From positions 16,306,001 to 16,370,000 of the forward strand of contig NC_079171.1 of assembly GCF_947568905.1 (NCBI RefSeq): 64,000 nucleotides of DNA. Reading direction: 5' to 3'. Of this stretch, positions 13,276-24,470 are shown piece after piece (position 1 is the stretch's first letter; every line of letters begins with the position of its first letter). The position numbers and the translations under genes are program-made. This DNA is from Ostrea edulis. Taxonomy: Eukaryota. The notes beneath the pieces are model-generated. The model ran no database searches. It had not been told where the DNA came from and worked only from the letters and a program-made list of their open reading frames with translations.

Positions 13276-14778
13276 CTAGCGGAAAAAAGAAACTGTGCAT
13301 TATTTAATATATGAAAAAATAATTTAAAAAAAAATAACAATGAACAAATTTTATTTTTTGTAATACTGTTAACAAATGTATTCGTTACAACATTTCATAA
13401 TCCATTAATGTTAACGTCGAATAACGTCAATTTCAGCACACTCGAAAGACACTGGTATTCGAACTTGAATTAACAAAGTTAATAACGCGTGTGACCACCA
13501 TTTGCATTCACGCATGCTCGACAACGGCGCCTCATTGATGCCACTAAAGTGTTCAGAAATGCTTGATGGATGTTGTTCCAGATGTTGGTTAAAGCCTGGC
13601 CTAAATCAGCCAATGTCACTGGCTGATTTAGTAAACGGCGCGTAGACGTCGTTCCATTTCATCCCAGACGTACTCGATCGGCGATAAATCGGAGGAAACA
13701 GCTGGCCGAGGCAAGACATCAACATTCTGTTGAACAAAAAAGTCCCTGCCTACACGTGCAACATGTGGCCTTGCGTTGTCTTACTGCAGAGTGATGTGAT
13801 TTTGCTGTCTCTGTATAAAGGATATCACATGGCGCTGAATAATTTCGTCTCGATAGCGTACGCCGGTGAGATTTCCATTGACAATTTGTAGAGGGGTCCT
13901 TCCACTTGCTGTTATTCCACCTCACATTATAACGCTCCCTCCACCGAATTGTCGACGTTGCACAACACAAGCGTCCTGGTACCGCTCCCCCAACGCGACG
14001 ATACACTCTACAACGGCCGTCACTGCTATCCAAATGAAATCTGGATTCATTAGTGAGCAGAATATTGGCCCAGTCCTGTATTATGAATCGCAGATGTCTT
14101 CTGCACCACGCTAGTCTAGCGATACGATGACGTTGAAGCAGTATTGGGCGCACCGCTGGATGTCTTGGTCTGATGTTGTGTTCGCACAGACGATTACGCA
14201 CAATTCTTGGACTGATTGGTCGAAGTCCAGGAATGCTACGAGCAGTCAAACTTGCTGTTTGAAAACGATTTCTCAGGTGCATAAGTCTAATGTGGTTGTC
14301 CTGTCGACGCGACATCACACGAGGACGCTCATAACGTGGTCGATCCCGAGTGTTACCAGATTGTTGGAAACGTCTCAATAATGACTGGATGGTGTTCCGG
14401 TGAACTCCAAAGTGTCTTGCTACGATATTTTGTGCCATTCCAGCTTGAAGCATCCCAACAGCAGGATTACGTTGGTTTTCGCCGAGTCGTGGCATGACAG
14501 AAGGGTTTTGCCAAAACTAAAGTGCTTTCCTTAACGCATAGTGTCCAAACCAACCTTTTACACTTCTTATTCCAAACAGTAAAGCTCGTGCATACGAACA
14601 CTTCAATAAACAGCATGTGTTCACTAATTATTAAAACGTCCATGCATCTGAGTCGGGTACTATCTGATATTGTTCAAAAACATCACCTTTATCGATTGTT
14701 TAGATTTTATAAATATAAACAATAAATCTAGAAAACTTATACTAAATTTTATAATGCACAGTTCCTCTTTTTCGCTAG
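13276..14778 (-). mobile_element. Tc1-family DNA transposon, degenerate
   Basis: Imperfect TIRs CTAGCG(G)AAAAAAG(AG)(G/A)AACTGTGCATTA at both ends, flanked by TA; transposase remnants inside. Confidence 0.9.
13479..14495 (-). pseudogene. Tc1-like DD34E transposase pseudogene
   Basis: MPRL...HTH N-terminus; TNESRF (first catalytic D changed to N); frameshift near 13985; VIM*GGI; Q*DNARPH; SSDLSPIEYVWDE; ends GHTRY*. Confidence 0.92.
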
Positions 14779-14789
14779 TATATATTTAT

Positions 14790-14817
14790 GTGTAGATAGA
14801 TAGATAAAGATAGACAA

Positions 14818-14862
<45 letters not shown>
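14790..14862. repeat. (GATA)n microsatellite
   Basis: Direct reading; adjacent to the Tc1 terminus. Confidence 0.95.
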
Positions 14863-15865
14863 GCTGAGAACAGAACAGTTCTCCAGTTGTATACACACGT
14901 CTTTGGACGGTACGTTTTTCAGTACAGGTTCGTCCGGATCCTCCGTCTGTTCGGGGTTTTCTGTTTCTATTTTCATTTCTAGTTTCGTTGTGGGTCACTC
15001 TAGTTCATGTTAAAACTTTGATCCATTTCGACCTCTTTTGAAGGAGATTATGGATGTTAAACATTTGCATATACACTTGTCCATTCATTATTAAGCTATG
15101 ACTACTTTACATTGATTACACTGCGGAATAAAAGAGTCTGTGATGGGCGTATTATGTGCCGCTTCCAGTACTCTTGGGTTTTTTTTTTCACTGAAAGACA
15201 TCAAGTGAACGTTGGATCATTTGAACTGCTCGATAGTGATTTTTACATTAATTTTGATTAATTAATTTAATTAATATTTTAAAACGTTACAAGAATTAAA
15301 AAGTAGGATTTTTGTGATCTATCTGCTTTCTATCACAAACATTAACAAATGGTAAGCCAAAATAGCTACCTGGACCGCGGAACAAACGATGTGGTCAGTT
15401 TCACTGAAAGAGGTCAATTCAGTGACAGACGACCCTCAGTTATTTTTGGTACACAGGTAAAAGTTGCCATTTGTAGAGGCTCGGTAAAGTTCATGTCGTC
15501 TGATTATACAATGTAGGTCACTGTAACAGTCATACAACATGTGTACCAACATGCAATGTAAATGTTGTGGTCGTCTGCAGGGTTCCGTCTTTGTTGTTAT
15601 ACGTCCCATTCGAGGTTGTTTCCAGTTATATAAAGACGACACTTTACTTTTTCATGACAATGCCTGTCTCAAGCCGATATCCCCCACTTTTCTTCATTTC
15701 TGATAGTTTGTTTATTGTCAAGTTCTTGGCGGTCACATGCATTTCGGGTCTTTTTGGATTCCTTCGAGATTCTGAACATATGATTTCCGTTTAGTAATAT
15801 TGCATTTAGGGTGCTAATATCGTAATAATTCAGTTTAATCATAGCTATTTCTTGCATTTTCATAG

Positions 15866-18800
15866 ATACAAAGGACAACCAATGCTAGGTCGTCTTTACG
15901 GGACGGCAGGCGGACGCTGAACGCCCGTAGAATTAGCAACAGAGTTTCCTCCAACGGACGTCTTCAACCTGGAAGTGACCCTAATGGACGCGTTAGACCA
16001 TTGGAAAATGCTGAGGCAAATCAACAACTCAACGACAGGGGAAATACAGACTTGTTTCCATCATCTATCAATCAATTCATCAACAAACTGCGCGAGAGAA
16101 TTCCAAATATAGGACTCGGCCTTGGTGTACACATAGAGGATCCTAATTCAAGACGATCAAGTTCTTCTCGATCTAGGATTTCAACTTCTCGATCTAGTTC
16201 TGGATCGAGTTCCGTCATGAACGCCATAAGCAATATCGGGAGCTTATTTAACAGAGGAAGAAATTCTGCTCCTTCTATTCCGTCTCCCACACCCTCGTCT
16301 CGTTCACAATCATCGTCTTTCTCTAGAAGTGACAACTCTTTGGGTTCAAATAACAGAGGGCAAAGACCTTCACCAGCATCAATTCATCGACAATCGCAGT
16401 TTTCCTTAACAAATCAATCACCCGTAAAAGGTTCGGTCAATCCAGGTATACAGAACAATGGTCATTTATTTGATTCTGGATTCATGCAATCATCATCAAA
16501 TGCTGTCAATGTCAATCCTATTCCTCAACCTGTCATGCAGCAACAAAATGTTGCACATAAATCTTTATTTGGATTTCCACAAGAATCAGTTGTCAACCAG
16601 AAGCCAATACAGCCAACATTTTCACTCCAACAGCAACAAATCCAACAACATCAAATGACAGGAAATCAGATCAATAGCTTCAGCCATCAAGGACGGGTTC
16701 AGCCACAGCAAGTGGCAATCAACAGTATGGTTCAACGACCACAACAATCCTCAAGCATGGTACTACAACCAGTTTCACAACAAACTCAAACTTTATTTGG
16801 ACAGCCACCTCAAAATGTACATTCTGTCAATCAAAATCCACTCCAACTTGGTGGGAGTCAAAACGTTTTAATGCAACAGCAAACAGCACCTAAATCAGGA
16901 ACAGTGGTCCAACCTATGTCAGCACAATCCGTGAACACAAACAGTTTCCATTTCCTGGGTAATCAACAAAACACTGCAGTTAGAAGACCAGTACTGCCAA
17001 CTCCAGCACCATTGATGACACAGGCAATACAGACAAACGGGCAAACAATTATCAATGGAGCAGGTGGAGTTTTCCAGGCACCGCAGTCAGTGTTGCAAAT
17101 GTCATTCAATGCGCACCCCACTCCAACGAATACACAAGTGTTGAAAGCTCAACAGAATGTTGGTGTCGCTGGACCGCAAGTTCATGGACAGTTTGTTGGC
17201 GTCCAAGGGCAAATATTCCAGTTGAAACCATCAAGCCAACATACTTATCAAGTTGTAAACGGCCAATTAGTACCAGTTCAGCAATCTTTTCAACTGGTTC
17301 CAACTGGTCAAACAGTGGCACCAAGACAGCAACACCAACAGCAAATATCAATTCAAAATGGTCAAATTCAGATGGCAGCATTTGAAACAAACACAGCAAG
17401 TGTCATTCGAAAGTCTCAAAATTCGCAACCCCCTACAAAGGTTCCTTTCTCTTTTGGTCTCTTTTCCAGCAATACAAACACAAAGATGTCAAATCTGACT
17501 TCTCAAGCTAAACAGCTGGTGGAGCAGAATGCTCATATCGAATTACAAAACCAGTTATTGCAACAGTTGTTGATTGAGCAGGTGCTCAACAGTCACGGAG
17601 TCAATGCCACGGGGTCCCCTGCGTCTTCAAATTCCTCGATCCTTACCAACTCCGTTGCTATTTCAAACAAAGGGAAAGAGAGTCCCGCTTCTGTAGCCTT
17701 TAACTGGCGCGAAGGAACTGCTGTCAACGCTTCAAAGACAGGTATTAGACGTGTCATTCACGGACAGAGGAATCCGGGTGGAGTAAAAGTAATCAGCCTT
17801 AGAGCAGCCAACACGGTTAGCCCCTTCAACAGGTCAAAGACGAGAGTGACAAATTCTCCATATCAAGGAGGAATAGCTCGACACTCAGCAAATATGAATA
17901 TTGCCGTTACAAACTCGCCTCCATCACAAGCAACGTTTGATCCAGAAGTACTACCACAGTACAGGAACTCTACAAATGCTACATTACGAAGCATGGATCG
18001 TACTGACAGACTAAATACAACGGATATTCCCGAGGAGATTGAGGTTAACGGGATATCTTTGGACAGTCCAGCAGATCGAAACGTAGTAGGCACTCCTCAT
18101 CCGCTGGATAATTATGTTCATGGCGTTCATGGTCATAACAACATGGGAACCCGCCCGGTTACCCCTGCAACTGCATTTGGAACTCGAAAGAATGAAAAGT
18201 TTAGTAAACTAGATCGAACAGATCGACTTAACACCACAGACATACCAGAGGAGATAGAAGTGAATGGGCAATCCTTGGATAGTCCTGCTGATCGAAATGG
18301 AATGAATGTGCATCATCCAATGGACTATCTTGTACATGGAGTGACAGCAAGTGGAATGGGCGCTCATCAAGCTCAAGCAAGCTATGTTAACAACCGACCA
18401 GCCCCGCCCCCAGAGGAGCCAGAGGAGATGTTGTTTTCTGCCTCTAAACCAGGGTACATTGATACCACGATTGGACTTGGAACCAACGTTATGGACACAA
18501 AACATTTCCGTGATTACTCTTTATTCCAAGCAGTTTCACATCAAGCATACGATCTTATGCAACTTCTCCAATTCTCCTTATCGAGGATCCCATCACACGT
18601 TCTACATGGAGTTCAGTATTGGATGCCAAACATTCCATACAATGTATTCCGTTCTATAAAGAACTCTGCACCTTCGTTCTATCGAGGATTTCAGGATACG
18701 GTCGGCAGCATTCCTACCTCTGTTGCTCGTGGTATTTTGAATCTTGTAGACATGATCAGACACTCATCGGCAAAAACAACCAGACCTGTGAAAACCGTTG

Positions 18801-20197
18801 CGTCGAAAATGGCTAAAGTTTTACACGATTCTTTTACGTCACCGCGTCCACCCACAACTCAAAATTTGTTCGATTTTCGAATTTTTGATATGATTCAGCT
18901 TACCACAACCCCGGCTTTGCCCGCCTCAACACCATCACCTGTGCAACAATCCGCTAAAACTCTAGCGAAGCTTATGAATTTGGTAAAACTTTTGATCCAC
19001 GAACCGTCTACTACCACCAAGGCGCCTTTGCCCGCAGTGAATGCAACACTAAAATCAAATGCCGCACGTGTGATAAATACCAATGAAATCAAAATATCAC
19101 ACAAAAATGTGTCTCATGCTACCGCTACAAAGGTGACAAAAACTATTGTGTCTAAAAAAGCTGTATCCCCTAAAACTACCGTGAAAAATGCGCCTAAACG
19201 GTTACCGCCAACTCCATCTCAAAACAAGCAGCAAGTTATTCAGAAACAGAGTGGAAAGCAACACCAGGTGATGAGAAAACAGATGGAGAGGCAAAATATC
19301 AAAAGAGCAAGAACACAATTCCAAGATCGGCGACTTCCACCCACACCACCACAAAACGGACAGGAACAGCATGGACCATCTTTTCCTGGATCCCGAATTC
19401 GATTACCCCCAACACCAGCCCAAGATCGTCCTCAAGTATACAGGGGGAATTCCGTAATTCCAACTCAAAATGTTGTCGGGAATGCAAGAGGACAAACGTT
19501 TCTGAACAAAGTGGTGCAATCTCAATATCAAAATTTCCATTTGCCAAAACAAACGTCTAAAAAACAAAATTATCAACAAAAGCAAAATAACCAACAGTCC
19601 TTCACAATAACGAAAAACGGCATGTTTGAGATACAAAATAACGTCCCAGTCAAATCCAAGACAAGAAAAAATAAAAAGAATTTGGATTTAATGGGAATCA
19701 AAGTGATATCGTCAAAGCAAAAAGTACCAAATAACCTTCCGACTCAAGTTCCTCCTAACGTCTACCCAATAGCCAACAATCCCCTTCCATCTCAAGTTCC
19801 ACCGGAAGTATACCGCCACGAGAGAATAGCTACGCCTCCTGTTTATAGACATCAACCATTAGCGACACAACCATACACCACGAAGCCTCCATATCAGCAA
19901 GCATATCCAACATTGCCGCGCTCTCAACAACCATTGACAACAATACCTTCAAATTTTGATTACTTCCAAAACAACGCCCAGCAAAATCCTCCCGACTACA
20001 GTTACCAAAGTAACTTCTTTGGCGAAAGTGTAACACAGCCCACACCTACTGAACCCTTGGGAAATAATTTCGATTCCAATGCGGAGTCACAGAACATGGC
20101 GCGTCAACCGATAGAAAACACGATACAGTACAAGGAATTCAGCAGTGCAAACAGGAAAGGTTTCCGTATTTCAGAAGTGTTCGGAAGGAGGAAGTGA
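15866..20197 (+). CDS. Giant terminal coding exon of the uncharacterised Q/S/N/P/T-rich protein (1443 aa)
   Basis: Acceptor ttttcatag|ATA at 15866. The frame is open from the acceptor through the ORF-track start at 16001 to TGA at 20197. Phase 0 matches the donor at 4215, and the composition is continuous with exon 1. Confidence 0.9.
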   Translation: MQRTTNARSSLRDGRRTLNARRISNRVSSNGRLQPGSDPNGRVRPLENAEANQQLNDRGNTDLFPSSINQFINKLRERIPNIGLGLGVHIEDPNSRRSSSSRSRISTSRSSSGSSSVMNAISNIGSLFNRGRNSAPSIPSPTPSSRSQSSSFSRSDNSLGSNNRGQRPSPASIHRQSQFSLTNQSPVKGSVNPGIQNNGHLFDSGFMQSSSNAVNVNPIPQPVMQQQNVAHKSLFGFPQESVVNQKPIQPTFSLQQQQIQQHQMTGNQINSFSHQGRVQPQQVAINSMVQRPQQSSSMVLQPVSQQTQTLFGQPPQNVHSVNQNPLQLGGSQNVLMQQQTAPKSGTVVQPMSAQSVNTNSFHFLGNQQNTAVRRPVLPTPAPLMTQAIQTNGQTIINGAGGVFQAPQSVLQMSFNAHPTPTNTQVLKAQQNVGVAGPQVHGQFVGVQGQIFQLKPSSQHTYQVVNGQLVPVQQSFQLVPTGQTVAPRQQHQQQISIQNGQIQMAAFETNTASVIRKSQNSQPPTKVPFSFGLFSSNTNTKMSNLTSQAKQLVEQNAHIELQNQLLQQLLIEQVLNSHGVNATGSPASSNSSILTNSVAISNKGKESPASVAFNWREGTAVNASKTGIRRVIHGQRNPGGVKVISLRAANTVSPFNRSKTRVTNSPYQGGIARHSANMNIAVTNSPPSQATFDPEVLPQYRNSTNATLRSMDRTDRLNTTDIPEEIEVNGISLDSPADRNVVGTPHPLDNYVHGVHGHNNMGTRPVTPATAFGTRKNEKFSKLDRTDRLNTTDIPEEIEVNGQSLDSPADRNGMNVHHPMDYLVHGVTASGMGAHQAQASYVNNRPAPPPEEPEEMLFSASKPGYIDTTIGLGTNVMDTKHFRDYSLFQAVSHQAYDLMQLLQFSLSRIPSHVLHGVQYWMPNIPYNVFRSIKNSAPSFYRGFQDTVGSIPTSVARGILNLVDMIRHSSAKTTRPVKTVASKMAKVLHDSFTSPRPPTTQNLFDFRIFDMIQLTTTPALPASTPSPVQQSAKTLAKLMNLVKLLIHEPSTTTKAPLPAVNATLKSNAARVINTNEIKISHKNVSHATATKVTKTIVSKKAVSPKTTVKNAPKRLPPTPSQNKQQVIQKQSGKQHQVMRKQMERQNIKRARTQFQDRRLPPTPPQNGQEQHGPSFPGSRIRLPPTPAQDRPQVYRGNSVIPTQNVVGNARGQTFLNKVVQSQYQNFHLPKQTSKKQNYQQKQNNQQSFTITKNGMFEIQNNVPVKSKTRKNKKNLDLMGIKVISSKQKVPNNLPTQVPPNVYPIANNPLPSQVPPEVYRHERIATPPVYRHQPLATQPYTTKPPYQQAYPTLPRSQQPLTTIPSNFDYFQNNAQQNPPDYSYQSNFFGESVTQPTPTEPLGNNFDSNAESQNMARQPIENTIQYKEFSSANRKGFRISEVFGRRK

Positions 20198-23100
20198 CGT
20201 CATAAATGACAGGGATAAAGAAACATCACGCTCTGAATCAGTTTCTTTAGACACAGACTACCGTTTATGAAATTTATGGTGAATGTTGAAAACCATGACA
20301 ATGATTAAACATTACGTGGGATTTTGAACTTAAACATCGCGGTGTCCATACCTACCTCTCACACGATAATCGCACTTGTTAATATTCATCTTCATTCAAG
20401 AAAATAATGGAAAAGCGTCGCGAATAGACTCCGTACAAAATTTCAAGACCCAAAATCTTCAGTTATTTGTACTCTTTTGTGATACTTCAATTAGAATATG
20501 TTCAAATATTTGATTGAATTATCTCATATAAGTAACTGAAGATTCCCTTTAGGCTTAGAAGGTTTGATACACATTGTGAAATGAAGATCAGAGACAAGTG
20601 ATTGGATGTACATATGATGCACCAACCACAAGTAAAAAAAATTATAAACCATGGTGTACCATTGAATTTAGAACTTCCTGATAAATTTCTCATTTTAGAC
20701 GGGGTTTGTTTTCGTGTTATGGACAACCCAATATATATTCCAATTCTTCATAAACAACAAAGGAAAGCAATCTTCTTAAGAACAAATTCAGAACCTTACA
20801 AACAAGCTAGGTAGCTACAGCACGTGCAGATTTCGTTCGTTTCGTATTTTCTTGATTTTCGATTCATTAATCAGCACAAGTGGAAAATGAGGGAATTCAT
20901 TATGTGTAGCATGAAATGTTTCTATTGCATGTTATATCCTAATTTATTTCACAATATACATGGAATGTATTTTTCACAATATAAATATATGTAACCGGAG
21001 ACCAGAGTTATTTATTTTTGCCAGAAATAGACGATACAGCCCGTAAAAAAAAGCATGGCTGTCAAAATTTTCGGCCAAAATGCCATATTCTTTTTTGTAT
21101 TCCACATAAAGCCAAACGGAAAGAAGAAATTGTTTTTCTCTTGAAAACACAGGCAGACGAGTTTAAGTTTTCCTGCATGATATGCCAAATGGAATATCTT
21201 TTACTCTTGTGTGACAATTCGTTTTATGATCAGTAAGAGTTCCCAAACATGCTTTACGACCATGTGATGAAGAGCTCTTGCAATATAGAAATGTACTTGT
21301 CAATAAATGCAAATTAAGCTATTGGAATTAACAAATGAAGTGCAATCACCAGTCACCAGAATATTTGAACGCGGGTGTATACAGTGTACGTATACATGTA
21401 TGATCCTTGATGCAAAAAATATTTAATATAGTTTTTAGCATGCATTAAAGGAAATAGCTTTTTTTGTTTTAGATAAAAAAAAAAAAAGAAGAAGTGATTT
21501 TGCAATCCTATACACAACATAAATTTTCTTTACAATTACAATCTAACAATCCTATTTGCTTCAATAATTACGATCACTTTAGAAATATTTCATTTCTGTT
21601 TAGTTCTCTTAAAGTTCTAATCCTATCTTTAAAGAAGAAGTTCATGTTTATGATTTGAAGATTTGAAATGTGCTACAATGAAAAAAAAAAAAAATAACCC
21701 CCACACACTACAAAACACAATAGAGGTAGAACATACCACCAAAACGATAAGTAACAACACCAAAATAAATGTTAGTATAATCAAGATCACAATATGACTT
21801 TTTTCATATACAATGTAGCTTTAGTACAAAATCCGGTAAAAATTTTAACAAAAGGCCCAACAAAACTCCCCAATAGTACACCTATAAGATTGAACTTCGA
21901 AGAAGAAAATGAATTAATAACAGGTAATTCATAGTTTGTAGTGTGCATTTTCAACAGACATCAAATCTGGAATATTGTGTGTGTGTGTACGATTGATAAA
22001 GATCTCGGTCACACCTCATCAATTGACGCTGTCACCTCCTCCATATGCAAATCTCCCTGGTGGCAGGCGGTCACTCGCAGAACTCGGTCAGCCATCATAT
22101 AAACCCTGAAAACGCCACAACTGCGCCAGAGATTTAGTGTTCATGCTTTGTTCCAAACAGGTCGAGTTACCCTTGCAAAAAATTCTTTGTAATAAATTTG
22201 TCAAAAGTAAGAGAGGTGTTTTGGAGATGTCAGTCATGGAAACTAACTCTTTTCAGAATACTATTCCTGGATAGGATATTTCCAGCTTTCATGGTTGTTT
22301 ATATACTTTTAAATCTTTATAAGAAAATATCTACATTGTAAAAGATTTGAAGTAGTAATGACAAAAGAAAAATTGGGTAAATGTTTCAAATCGCTCCACA
22401 ATGTGTTGGGTTTTTAGTGGTCCTACATGAACTGCTCCACAATGTGTTGGGTTTTTAGTGGTCCTACATGTACATGAACTAAACGGTGAACACCAGAGAG
22501 CCCCAAAAGGTTCTCTGTTTAGTAAGACCAGCCTTTTTATCCTCGGGCCTGGTTATTACTGCTCACGAAGATTATTTCTCAAATCTTCCATCAGATCTAC
22601 AAATGACTTTTGACCATTATCTAGACACAAGCTTCTATCATCACATTTAGTAGTGAACACATGAACTTCAAAATAAAACACAAAAATTTGTTCTCACATT
22701 GCTCCATGTTTTACTACAGATGAAAAACTTTTAAGTTTTTGTCATGTTAAGAACTCTATCAAGCCTGACTGTACAAGTAAAAACAAATTAACATGAACAT
22801 AGAAGTCACAGTGTTCAAAATAAAATGACAGATATTTAACTTCCCTACGTTATAATTACCACTTAGCACCGTGATTTTGAACACATAGTTAAGTATTATT
22901 TACATAACAATAAATACTGCCAACATCAACAAACACACATCCTCAGAAATAAATAAATATCTCTTCTTTTGCAAATATGGAAGTTTTCAACCAACAGTTC
23001 AATTTTACATTTATACATATACAAAAAAATGTATATATAATATATAAAACAGTCATACAAAAAATCCAAAGGTAAAACAACTGTGTATTTCAGGAAAGTA

Positions 23101-23675
23101 AACAAGATGGAAACAGTCTAAACTATTTCACATCACGAAGAAACAAAATAAATTCAAGTATTTTAAAAATGTAAGATCTATCAGAGGTGCTCATATGAAT
23201 GTGGGGAAAAAATGAAATGAATATAAAATATACCAGCTGTGTAATTATTCTTCCAAACATAATGTACCACAATAATTACATCCAACCTCTGAAATTCAAT
23301 GCACTGCAAGTCAACCTTGCTGAATCTGATAAACAGTTATTATTTCTCTCTGCACTGGGCTCCTCTAATCCCTCCAGTCTTATATCTCTCTTCATTTTTG
23401 TGGATTTTCAAGTCATGAAGTTGAACCAACATGATCTTCGTTTGTTTAAATCAAAGTCAGTACTGGATAAAAAGAAAATCGCACAAACTTGCTACACATG
23501 TACCATGCATCATAATTCTCATAATCATAACCACATATATAACAAGAAAAAGAAACAGCCCTATTATAGACACATACTTACAAGTGTATTGTGAGATTCT
23601 AACTAAATGACTTGGACATGTAATCATCTTTTCAAACATCACTAAATAGGCAGCTGTTCTTTCTGGCCAAATACA

Positions 23676-23900
23676 CAAACATGATGAGACACACAAACAT
23701 CATGATGAAATACACAAACATGTTGAGATACACAAAAATTATGATGAAATACACAAACATCATGATGAAATACACAAACATGTTGAGATACACAAAAATT
23801 ATGATGAAATACACAAACATCATGATGAAATACACAAAAATTATGATGAAATACACAAACATTATGATGAAACACACAAACATGTTGAGATATACAAACA
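23676..23900. repeat. Composite ~18-21-bp minisatellite in the probable MCC 3' UTR
   Basis: catgatgaaatacacaaa-type units; the overlapping ORFs are artefacts. Confidence 0.9.
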
Positions 23901-24395
23901 CCACATTCAGAAAAGGTAACTGTACATGTTATTCTCATAAGATTATTTTACCAGGCATGATTTTGAAAATGAATACAAGTTTTTGGCTTATTGTTCATAT
24001 ATCAGAAATATTTGCATTGTACAAGTAAAAGTACCTATACCCAAGGGTGAGTATCATTACAAAAGTGACATTACATATATTCTATCTGAAATAAAAGCAC
24101 AAATTTTAAACATTTCCTCAAAAGCTCATAATATACACAAGCATTATGAATTTGACGTGAAAGTCCACAAGGTGAAACACTACCGATCTTTTATCACTAC
24201 ATGTATCTAAATTGATTGCTTCACAAACCAGTGCCATAATAAGATGTAAAGCAGTTGAAAGCTACATGAAATATGCATGAAGTAAAGCTTGAAATATAAT
24301 ATAATATATAAAAGAATACTACAATGACATAAAAGCAAGTTTAAACAAAATATCACAGAATAACAAATGCTTTTCCCACAACTGACTATCGAGTG

Positions 24396-24470
24396 CTACA
24401 GTGAAGTTTCATTTGGTGGGATACAGCCATTGTTTTCCAGCGCCAACAACCTCTGTTTCAGCATGTGAAT
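24396..24470 (-). CDS. MCC: MCC last coding exon (IHMLKQRLLALENNGCIPPNETSL*)
   Basis: Acceptor ttgacag, TAG stop; ends in ETSL like human MCC. Confidence 0.94.
   Translation of the reverse strand: MHMLKQRLLALENNGCIPPNETSL

Noticed and set aside
16072-20045. Short antisense and alternative-frame ORFs overlapping the giant exon
   Set aside because: Expected shadows of a long coding exon; no independent support.
23632-24028. Overlapping hydrophobic and His/Cys-repeat ORFs
   Set aside because: Tandem-repeat artefacts in the probable MCC 3' UTR.
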